Origin: a virus
Taxonomy: Duplodnaviria; Caudoviricetes
Strand: one strand, 5' to 3'
Length of the DNA stretch: 64,000 bases
IMG/VR virus record: IMGVR_UViG_3300028833_000111
Coordinates: 1 to 64,000 of that record
The notes below the pieces were generated by a model. That model saw nothing but the letters and a program-made list of their open reading frames with translations. It made no database searches and was not told the DNA's origin. A program made the position numbers and the translations under genes. Shown one piece after another: positions 56,354-64,000 of the stretch (positions are counted from its first letter, which is position 1; every line of letters begins with the position of its first letter).

Positions 56354-57703
56354 ATGTCAAGTTTTGAAGTACATTTATACAACGTTAGTACAGGTAAATA
56401 TGATATATTAATGACAGAGGGAGTAAATAGTGAAACTCTGGAAGTGAAATTTCCAAAAAATGATACAACTCAAGATAGGTCTTACAAAATAGAATATACT
56501 GATGATTATGATTGTCATATTGAAAAAATTATTACAATTCCAGCCGGTACTAATTGCCAGACAAAATATTGCACTTGCGATGATATACAAGATTTAAGAA
56601 AAGAAGAAATAAATCAAGTTACATTATCATCAGCAAAAAATAAAAATTATGTTTTAAAACTTTCAGGCAAGGATTGTACATTATCCTATAATGTTGCTTT
56701 TTTTGATAATATTGATAATAGTCTTGCTAAAGAAGTGACTATGCCTAGTTGGTTAAAAAAACCCGTATTAACGACAACCGGCATTACATTTGAAACAGCT
56801 GAAGAAAATGAAACGAACGTTGAAAAGTATGTTTATGCAAAGATATTAGTTAATGGAGAAGTGTGCGACTACGTTATAAAAATAACTCAAGCAGCAAAAG
56901 AGTGCATATTTAAAGTTCAATTTAATAATACTTGGGCTGAAGACGTAATAATATATGTGGTTAGTGAGGATAAACTAAATCCAGATGGTACTATAAAAAG
57001 TTATGATTATAAATATGAAGTAGGCTTTTCACACACTGAAATAAAGGATTATAAATTAAATCCTGGCGAAAATAGAGATAATTTACGATTAGTGTGTGTT
57101 GCTCCTGGTTGGAAAGTCACAATTAAAAATGACCCTGTTTATGTTCATTGTAATGATTCAACAATATATAGCATAACATTGGAAAAAACTGTATCATTAG
57201 TTGGTATGTACACTAGAAATGATGATACTAAAACTACAACACTTGGAGAATTTAGGCTTAAGGATACAGAACCTTATACAGATAGTTATTTTACTGGCAG
57301 TAGTGACGTTATAGAACACTATATTAAATCAGACGATTTTGAATCAAAATTCGTGTTCCATTTAAAGTGGAATGTTTATGTAGGTTGTAAATGTTACGAA
57401 CCATTCTCTACTTATACAGATGAACCTGTTACAAATCTTGGGCCTATCTATTGTTCTTTTGATATTGGAAAATCTGTAGGAACATTTAAAAATGGAGACA
57501 ATGTTAATTTAAACGGAAGATTTATATGCTATAATCCTTCAGGTGAAGGGCATGTGTCTTATAACTATGAAACTTGTAGTGGCGGACAGGAAACAGATAC
57601 AAGAATAGGATTAGGAACATCATATACTACGGTATCTGAATGGAGACGTGATATAACACTTAACGGCTTAACTATCGTTTTAATAACGCTTTGTCCATTC
57701 TAA
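56354..57703 (+). CDS. BACON/Ig-like multi-domain putative fibre/adhesin
   Basis: MPSWL....GITF....N.......A.I.V......IKITQAA BACON-like unit; CTC linker. Confidence 0.6.
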   Translation: MSSFEVHLYNVSTGKYDILMTEGVNSETLEVKFPKNDTTQDRSYKIEYTDDYDCHIEKIITIPAGTNCQTKYCTCDDIQDLRKEEINQVTLSSAKNKNYVLKLSGKDCTLSYNVAFFDNIDNSLAKEVTMPSWLKKPVLTTTGITFETAEENETNVEKYVYAKILVNGEVCDYVIKITQAAKECIFKVQFNNTWAEDVIIYVVSEDKLNPDGTIKSYDYKYEVGFSHTEIKDYKLNPGENRDNLRLVCVAPGWKVTIKNDPVYVHCNDSTIYSITLEKTVSLVGMYTRNDDTKTTTLGEFRLKDTEPYTDSYFTGSSDVIEHYIKSDDFESKFVFHLKWNVYVGCKCYEPFSTYTDEPVTNLGPIYCSFDIGKSVGTFKNGDNVNLNGRFICYNPSGEGHVSYNYETCSGGQETDTRIGLGTSYTTVSEWRRDITLNGLTIVLITLCPF

Positions 57704-58524
57704 TAATTGATTAATATTTCTTTATCATTATCTATGTCCTCTATTGATTTTATTTCAAAATCGTAGAGGGCATATTCATTTGATAAGTCAACGAATTTAT
57801 GTTCTTTCTTCTCCAAATCCCATACAACAAATCCATGCTGAGTTATTGTCTCTCCAAACGTTTGTTGTATTAATGAACCAGGATATACAATTTTCACGTC
57901 TCCCCTTTTTATTTCTTGCCTTTTATGAATATCTCCCGCTGCAACAAAATCGCATCCTTCAAAAGTATCGCATGATACTCCTGAATCAATTACAGTTCCA
58001 TTATTAAGTGTCGCCCCAACAATTGTTCCATGATAAAGTCCAATAACAGTATTATCAGGAAAGTCTTTTTTTGCTTGGTCAATATTTGGTCTTCTATAAT
58101 CTGCAAATATTGAATATAATGCCCATGTTACATTATCATCATGTATTATACCACTATCATAGCCAAGATATGAATCAAGATGAATTGAGTTTTCAAATTG
58201 TGATGCTGTAAAAATTGCTGTTAATGTGTCTATTCGTGACATATTGCCAACCATTAGGTCATGGTTTCCACTTATCACAACAACCTTTCCAAATTGTTCC
58301 AATTGACGAATCCAAGCTGAAACAAATGCTATTAATTCATTGCTAATGCTGTTTTTAGAATGTACAATATCCCCTGAAACTACAATTCTTATTTCATCGT
58401 AGTTATATCCTTTTATTTCTTCCTTTATTTTTTCATTTAATTCATTAAGTTTTAAAGTGTATTCATCCATTCTAAGGAATGGCCTTATATGAATATCAGC
58501 TAAATGTATAATTTTACGTATCAT
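57700..58524 (-). CDS. Mre11/SbcD-like metallophosphoesterase (gp47-like nuclease subunit)
   Basis: HLADIH, SGDIVH, GNHD, YHG, GDIHKRQ, YPGSLIQQ.FGE. Confidence 0.9.
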   Translation of the reverse strand: MIRKIIHLADIHIRPFLRMDEYTLKLNELNEKIKEEIKGYNYDEIRIVVSGDIVHSKNSISNELIAFVSAWIRQLEQFGKVVVISGNHDLMVGNMSRIDTLTAIFTASQFENSIHLDSYLGYDSGIIHDDNVTWALYSIFADYRRPNIDQAKKDFPDNTVIGLYHGTIVGATLNNGTVIDSGVSCDTFEGCDFVAAGDIHKRQEIKRGDVKIVYPGSLIQQTFGETITQHGFVVWDLEKKEHKFVDLSNEYALYDFEIKSIEDIDNDKEILINY

Positions 58525-58543
58525 GTTATCTTTTTAACTTTGT

Positions 58544-58558
58544 TGCAAATATACAAAA
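58544..58558 (-). promoter_or_regulatory. Bacteroidota-type -7 element (TATATTTG, 58546-58553 minus)
   Basis: Minus strand reads TTTTGTATATTTGCA upstream of the Mre11-like gene. Confidence 0.6.
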
Positions 58559-58577
58559 AAAATATTAGATAGAGAAA

Positions 58578-58585
58578 TATTTATA
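58578..58585 (+). promoter_or_regulatory. Putative late promoter TATTTATA
   Basis: Exact octamer 19 nt before ATG 58605. Confidence 0.5.
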
Positions 58586-58604
58586 TTAAAAAATTATTTT
58601 AAAA

Positions 58605-60077
58605 ATGGAGAATATTTGGACTGCTAGTACCGAGACAAAGTGGATTTCTTTCTGCGAGGTTGGTGATGTTAGTTGGGAAGAATGGCTTCAAAACCGTTGT
58701 ACAGAAATAACAGGAGAAGCAGGCGATAGAATAACAATATATGTATTCGAAGCAACAAGCCCATATGACGAAGAAACAGGCTCTATAAAAATAGTTACAG
58801 ACGATAAAGTTATTGAGAAAGAAATAACACGTTGCGTTCCTAAAATTGATTCATCTGAGGTTTCTATTAATTATACTATAAATGGAAAAGACTGCGATAA
58901 TTGTGTTACCGTAGAACCATGCGAGGGAGGTATATCAAATAATGATAATACAGGAGTAAACATTGAAAATATTGTTTTAACAACTGTATATATATTGGAT
59001 AATGGCTCCAGAATGGAACCTGTTACTGAAAATTTAACATTAAATGATGTTAATGTTACTTTTATTTATAATAATGGTGAAACATCTTTAGTCCTTAAAA
59101 AGAACGATGGAGCAGACAGATTTGTTACTGTTAGAGTAGAATATAAACAAGACATAAGTATTTACAAAGATAAAATAATAAAGCAATTAGGCCTTAGAAA
59201 AAGTGATGGAACTTATAAAGATGACGTTATTACTATAATTAAAGAAGGAGAAAAAAAGGAAACATATAGTAATTTTGATTTTGGGGATGAATGCAAAGTT
59301 ACAAATCCAATTTATTGTGACGCTGGTACTATGGCTTTTAGCCACAAAGGTACTTTAAAAATTTCATATTCTAAATCAACAGGAAAAACTATATGTAATG
59401 ACGAGGTAGAAATTGATAATGGAAATACTGAAACAGTAATGATACCTGATAATATGGTTAGCTATTCTGTAGATAATAACGAGTTTTTTTATTTTACAGA
59501 TGGAAATATACTTAATTGGGTAGCTAATACAGGTACTACAAATTTAAAAGCAACCGTAAAAGCAATACTAACTAAGACAGATGGAAGTACTGAAGAAGTA
59601 ACTAGAGAAATTTCCGTTCCTACAGGTGATTGTGGAAAATGTGCTTATATAATATTCACTTCAGATAGTTCGTCTATACCTTATACTGGTGGAGATATTA
59701 CATTTACATATTATCTTTCATATAGTTCAATTGCAGATGAAACAGAGGCAATAAAAGATTCAAATTTATATGATTGTTTAAGGGGAAGTTTTTTGAATAC
59801 TAGTGGTGATAAGTCTAAATTTAGCATAGGAAATGAAAGTGAAAAATCAACCGGAATATTTACAACGGTAGTTAGTTTTGTAGAAAGCAATAAAAAATGT
59901 GGAGTAGATGGCGATATATTTAAATTTTCTGTTAGCTGTGATGGAGATAAGATATGCACTCCAAAAACAAAAGAAATAACTTTGCCGCAAGACAGAAGAA
60001 GTGAATATACTAGCATTGACCCAAATGGAAATATTACATGTGAAGGAGGAACGTTTAAATTTACTCCAAAGAAATAG
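58605..60077 (+). CDS. Ig-like repeat putative fibre/adhesin protein
   Basis: 490 aa, beta-rich, Cys pairs; IPYTGG.ITF and I.CEGG.F.F BACON-like starts. Confidence 0.55.
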   Translation: MENIWTASTETKWISFCEVGDVSWEEWLQNRCTEITGEAGDRITIYVFEATSPYDEETGSIKIVTDDKVIEKEITRCVPKIDSSEVSINYTINGKDCDNCVTVEPCEGGISNNDNTGVNIENIVLTTVYILDNGSRMEPVTENLTLNDVNVTFIYNNGETSLVLKKNDGADRFVTVRVEYKQDISIYKDKIIKQLGLRKSDGTYKDDVITIIKEGEKKETYSNFDFGDECKVTNPIYCDAGTMAFSHKGTLKISYSKSTGKTICNDEVEIDNGNTETVMIPDNMVSYSVDNNEFFYFTDGNILNWVANTGTTNLKATVKAILTKTDGSTEEVTREISVPTGDCGKCAYIIFTSDSSSIPYTGGDITFTYYLSYSSIADETEAIKDSNLYDCLRGSFLNTSGDKSKFSIGNESEKSTGIFTTVVSFVESNKKCGVDGDIFKFSVSCDGDKICTPKTKEITLPQDRRSEYTSIDPNGNITCEGGTFKFTPKK

Positions 60078-60117
60078 TAATAAATGTTACAATAATAGAT
60101 TTTAAAACAACAATATA

Positions 60118-63100
60118 ATGGGAGAAATAGTAAGGAATGACCTTAGTTGGATAGCAAAAGCTGTAGATAATAATGGAAATAGAATAGATGGAGCAGGAGG
60201 ATGGGTTACAATTAGTCCATCACAAGGCGCTGGTGACTCTAATATTAACATAGAAGTTAAAAACTCTGATAGACGAGCAGATAGCGTTGAAGGCTTTGTT
60301 GAAATAAAATGTACATCTTGTAAAACACTTGAAGGTGATGATATTATAAAGAAAATAAAAGTGTGCAGATGCGCTTGTGATTGCGAAAATTGGACATTTA
60401 ACCAAGTTGTTGATACTGTTAAAGATGAAGGTTTAGCAGCAGGCACTACAATTGCCACTTTTCAAAAGAAAAAACTTGATTGTAATTCTAATCTTATGTC
60501 AGCCACCATTAGAAAAGAGGGAGAAGAAACAGGAACAGCATTAAAAATAGAAAATCAAAGTATTAAGTTAAATTATAATATAAATGCAAATAAAGAATTA
60601 CATACAGTTAATTATATTGTTGATTTAAAGTTTGATGGTGGAGATGACGGAAATACATGTCCTGAATACACCATAACGCAAGATGCCCTTGTATGCGATT
60701 GTAAAAAGGTGTTTGATGAGGCAGAAATAAAAAACAGCCTATGTATATCAACATTTGGTGTTAAAAAGGGGGGAACTATAGGAACTTATACAGTTAAAGA
60801 AGGTAATTGTCCCATTGATTATGCTAAAGCCACTTTAGTGCCAATATATCCTGGTGGTAGTACCTATAATTTACGATTAATAGATGGCGAAATTAAATTG
60901 CCTGCAAGTAGAAATATACTTCCAAATGACGAAAGAGGTGCTAAAATTTTTAAATTTACACTAATGTATGGTCAGGATGCAAACAACAAAGAAACTTGTT
61001 TTGAAAAAGAAATAGTACAACCTGGAGTTGATTGCAATTGTGATGATGTTAAATTTGTTTTTAAATCATCTGCTTTAGTTAAAATTGACGAAGAAACTTA
61101 TCAAATACCGCAAAGTGGTTTAACAGCAAATACATTAATAGGAAATTACAGTTTTGTACAGGGGGCATCATGCAAAGATTGTGATGACTGTATACAGGTG
61201 TTAGTAAAGAAAATTGAGCCCGATGGTACTGAGACAGAGTTAAGTAATTTGAAATTGCTTAACGGAGAGATGCGTTTAACACAAGATATAGGTGAAAACG
61301 AAAATCTATCTCCAATTACTTATGTTTTTTCTCCTAGATATAATTTATCTAAAACAAGTCGTAATTGCGATATAAATGGAGATTTGGCACTTGATTGGCA
61401 AGATTGTACTCCTATAGAAATAACGCAGAAAGAACTAGGTTGCGAATGTAAAAACATAGAAGTAACAAGAATATCTAGTAATTTAGACCCTGTTACTTTA
61501 CCAACTGTTGGAACTCATGGAGATTTTGTTGCTGTAGCCAAGGCAACAGCCGGTATATTTGGAACCAATGGCCAATTAATTAAATCATGTGGTAAATTAT
61601 TTGGATACCAACAAAGTACATTAACTATTAGACCTACTGAAGAAGAAATAGAGCAATATAATGGGTTTGTTTATGAAGAGCACGAAGGAGAACAAAAAAA
61701 TAGTATTTTAAGTGTACCAACAGGACAGACTGATAGTGAAGGAAATTATGCTACTTATTATTTTTATGCAAAGGTTGGAAGCCATCCAGAGATAGATTCT
61801 CCTTTTGGGTTTGCAGGTAATGTATATCTTTTAGCTGATGGCTCTACAGAGGCATTAAAATGCTCCGGAAAAGACTTTGAAATTGTAATAGACCCTGACG
61901 CTTGTGATTGTATAATACCTGATAAGGTTAATAACAAAACAAATCCAATAATTGATAAAGTGCCATGCACTGGTACAACAATTCCTTCACAAACTGTAAG
62001 AAATCCAAAATGTATTATGGAATTTAGAGGAATACATAAAAATATGATTCTTTTAATAACTAAATACACTCATCCTGAAGGTGCAGAAGATTTAATTACT
62101 AATATAACAGTAGGAGATAAAACCTCTAATGGCGAAATGTATGGAACATATCCGAAAAACTATGCAGTCAAAATATATGGAAATGTTGGAGAAGGAAGTC
62201 CTACTGAAGAAAGAAAACTTGGAACTATTGAAGTAACTCCTGTTTGTAATCCTGAGTATGATAGTGAAGGACATTATATAGCAGGTACCGGATGGATTTG
62301 TGAACCTAAAGAATATGAAATAATTCAAGAAAAATGTCCAAATTGTGACTGTGATGAAATTAAAACTAAACTTACAATTGAAAAAGAAGATGAAGAATAT
62401 CAATATAATAGATTATTAATTTCATATAATAAACCATTAAACGAACAATTTGAACATGATGAAAATAATAAAAGATACAAAATTGCAATTAATACTGGAA
62501 TAACAAATTGTCCTGTTATTAAAATTGATGGCCAAGTATTAGATGAAGATGGCGTTGAGTGGAAATATGTTACTTATAAAGATGAATGGGGAGAAGATAA
62601 AAATTGGTTTAAAGTTAGAGTAGAAAAAGAACTAGATTATTGGTCTGGTGGAGAAGTATTTTATCTTGTTTTCTATATGTACACTCATAGAAATACAATA
62701 AAGTTTGATGAATATGAACCTTATCCAGACCCGCCGATGCTTAAATTTATTGTTGGGTATTATGAAAAGGAATCTGGCAATTGGAATGAATGCCAAGATT
62801 TAAGTTTTGAAAGAAAAATTTATGACACTGCATGTGTTTGTAATTTACTGAAAGACCCTTATTTTAATAGCGGTTACTTTACCGATACTTATACTGATTA
62901 TTATAAATATTATTTAAATCCAAATAGTAATAAGTTTACAATAAAGTTAGGAGAAAATGATACAACTAAACAAGTAGAGCTATTTAATGATAATTTAAAA
63001 GGTTGCATAGATTTAATTATAAAAATTAAAGGCGAAAGCGAAGGGGAATATACAGAAAGTACAGAATATACATATATAAAGGATGGCGCAAACTTATTTA

Positions 63101-64000
63101 AAATAGAGATAATCTATGAAAATAAAGTTAAGATAACACTATTTTCCATACTTCAACAAGAATATCGTATAACATTAGATTCTATTGGGGCTGTGATAGT
63201 TCCTAGGCATAAAAATGAAAATGGAGAATACGAAAATTGTGACCCACTTGATGTAATTGTGCAACAAGACGCATGTAATTGTAGCAGATTAGATAAATAT
63301 AGTTTATGCTCTTATGAACACACGTTTAACATTGATATAGATATAAATGATACTACTGGTAAAACTGATGTTTTTAAATATTACAGCGCTCTTAAAGGAT
63401 GTATTAGCATATACATTTTAAACGGAGAAACAAAAATTTATCCTGGCCAATCTTTCGATTATCTTGATGAAAATAATCAAAGGTTGTTTACAGTAACATT
63501 GGAAGATTCTTCAACTGTTAAAATCACTTTAGATAATAAAGATATTATTTTGCCAACTAGTGGTATTGAATTACATGGAGGATTTTATTATGGAGAATCT
63601 GGAAATGAAGAAACAGAATGCTGTACTTTTAAAATTAATGTAAATAAAAGTAATTGTAATTGTGACGATTTTTTCAAAGATATAAAAAATAAAAATAAAA
63701 CTTTATATATAAACGAGACAGGGTGCAATGATGACCATTATATAGAAATATCTGCGCCACCTTGTGATTTAATTCAACTTTATTTGTCTTGTGATGAAAA
63801 TACAGATGAAGGTTGCCATTGTTCTGACATTGATATTGATGGAAATGGTACTGTAGACTCTAACGAAGAATATGTATGTTTATTCACTGAGAATTCGCAG
63901 TTTCCTCCAAAGTATGATTTTGTTCATAGCCTTCCTGGTGCAACAGGAGATTCGCAACAAATAGTATTTAATGACCTTCCAGATGGAGTAGCATCAAGAA
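60118..64000 (+). CDS. Very large Cys-rich Ig/BACON-repeat fibre-like protein (3' truncated)
   Basis: ATG 60118, MGEIVRNDLSWIAKA...GWVTISPSQGAG (BACON-like). Frame stays open to the window end (>1290 aa), so it is absent from the ORF track. Nine periodic CxC junctions. Confidence 0.75.
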   Translation, partial: MGEIVRNDLSWIAKAVDNNGNRIDGAGGWVTISPSQGAGDSNINIEVKNSDRRADSVEGFVEIKCTSCKTLEGDDIIKKIKVCRCACDCENWTFNQVVDTVKDEGLAAGTTIATFQKKKLDCNSNLMSATIRKEGEETGTALKIENQSIKLNYNINANKELHTVNYIVDLKFDGGDDGNTCPEYTITQDALVCDCKKVFDEAEIKNSLCISTFGVKKGGTIGTYTVKEGNCPIDYAKATLVPIYPGGSTYNLRLIDGEIKLPASRNILPNDERGAKIFKFTLMYGQDANNKETCFEKEIVQPGVDCNCDDVKFVFKSSALVKIDEETYQIPQSGLTANTLIGNYSFVQGASCKDCDDCIQVLVKKIEPDGTETELSNLKLLNGEMRLTQDIGENENLSPITYVFSPRYNLSKTSRNCDINGDLALDWQDCTPIEITQKELGCECKNIEVTRISSNLDPVTLPTVGTHGDFVAVAKATAGIFGTNGQLIKSCGKLFGYQQSTLTIRPTEEEIEQYNGFVYEEHEGEQKNSILSVPTGQTDSEGNYATYYFYAKVGSHPEIDSPFGFAGNVYLLADGSTEALKCSGKDFEIVIDPDACDCIIPDKVNNKTNPIIDKVPCTGTTIPSQTVRNPKCIMEFRGIHKNMILLITKYTHPEGAEDLITNITVGDKTSNGEMYGTYPKNYAVKIYGNVGEGSPTEERKLGTIEVTPVCNPEYDSEGHYIAGTGWICEPKEYEIIQEKCPNCDCDEIKTKLTIEKEDEEYQYNRLLISYNKPLNEQFEHDENNKRYKIAINTGITNCPVIKIDGQVLDEDGVEWKYVTYKDEWGEDKNWFKVRVEKELDYWSGGEVFYLVFYMYTHRNTIKFDEYEPYPDPPMLKFIVGYYEKESGNWNECQDLSFERKIYDTACVCNLLKDPYFNSGYFTDTYTDYYKYYLNPNSNKFTIKLGENDTTKQVELFNDNLKGCIDLIIKIKGESEGEYTESTEYTYIKDGANLFKIEIIYENKVKITLFSILQQEYRITLDSIGAVIVPRHKNENGEYENCDPLDVIVQQDACNCSRLDKYSLCSYEHTFNIDIDINDTTGKTDVFKYYSALKGCISIYILNGETKIYPGQSFDYLDENNQRLFTVTLEDSSTVKITLDNKDIILPTSGIELHGGFYYGESGNEETECCTFKINVNKSNCNCDDFFKDIKNKNKTLYINETGCNDDHYIEISAPPCDLIQLYLSCDENTDEGCHCSDIDIDGNGTVDSNEEYVCLFTENSQFPPKYDFVHSLPGATGDSQQIVFNDLPDGVASR

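Noticed and set aside
899-62403. Numerous short antisense or alternate-frame ORFs in the track (e.g. 11257-11772, 28850-29257, 60102-60458)
   Set aside because: They are shadows of long genes, with antisense-typical Ser/Phe/Leu-rich composition and no motifs.
1-64000. Stop-codon reassignment (TAG/TGA recoding as in Lak or some crAss-like phages)
   Set aside because: Multi-kb ORFs are intact under code 11, and TAG terminates SSB (…DLPF), TK and NrdG at their expected ends.
53787-64000. Diversity-generating retroelement or invertible fibre cassette
   Set aside because: No reverse transcriptase or invertase, no TR/VR nucleotide repeat pair seen, and the only inverted repeat is a short terminator.
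1-64000. tRNA or rRNA genes
   Set aside because: Intergenic gaps are short and AT-rich; no cloverleaf or T-loop signatures were seen.

Overview
This 64-kb, very AT-rich window comes from a large (probably jumbo) T4-like myovirus and uses the standard genetic code. The host is probably an anaerobic Bacteroidota: TAnnTTTG host-type promoters are present, Shine-Dalgarno motifs are not evident, and the phage carries a class III RNR. Structural genes: the tape-measure C-terminus, a tube-initiator-like protein with an OmpA-like insert, gp53, a hub carrying GH108 and amidase domains, neck gp13, gp25, gp6, several giant baseplate proteins and Cys-rich Ig/BACON-like fibre proteins. These are interleaved with replication and nucleotide genes: gp32-like SSB, thymidine kinase, UvsX/RecA, RNase H/FEN, DnaB/gp41, nrdD-FTR-trx-nrdG and an Mre11-like nuclease. 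Two promoter motifs separate these two gene classes. The most notable observations are: (1) a minus-strand late operon (17279-23046) encoding an AEP primase-like protein, an ArdC-N-like protein, a PARP-type ADP-ribosyltransferase, an unknown protein and a tandem glycosyltransferase, several with a shared capsid-targeting-like leader, suggesting a head-packaged, injected effector kit; (2) a hidden, frameshifted mini-gene (25608-25813) resembling a major capsid protein segment, inside an early operon; (3) a phage-encoded FTR/thioredoxin relay for a CC-type NrdD; (4) apparent GATC avoidance. All family assignments come from motif recognition by eye; no searches were run.
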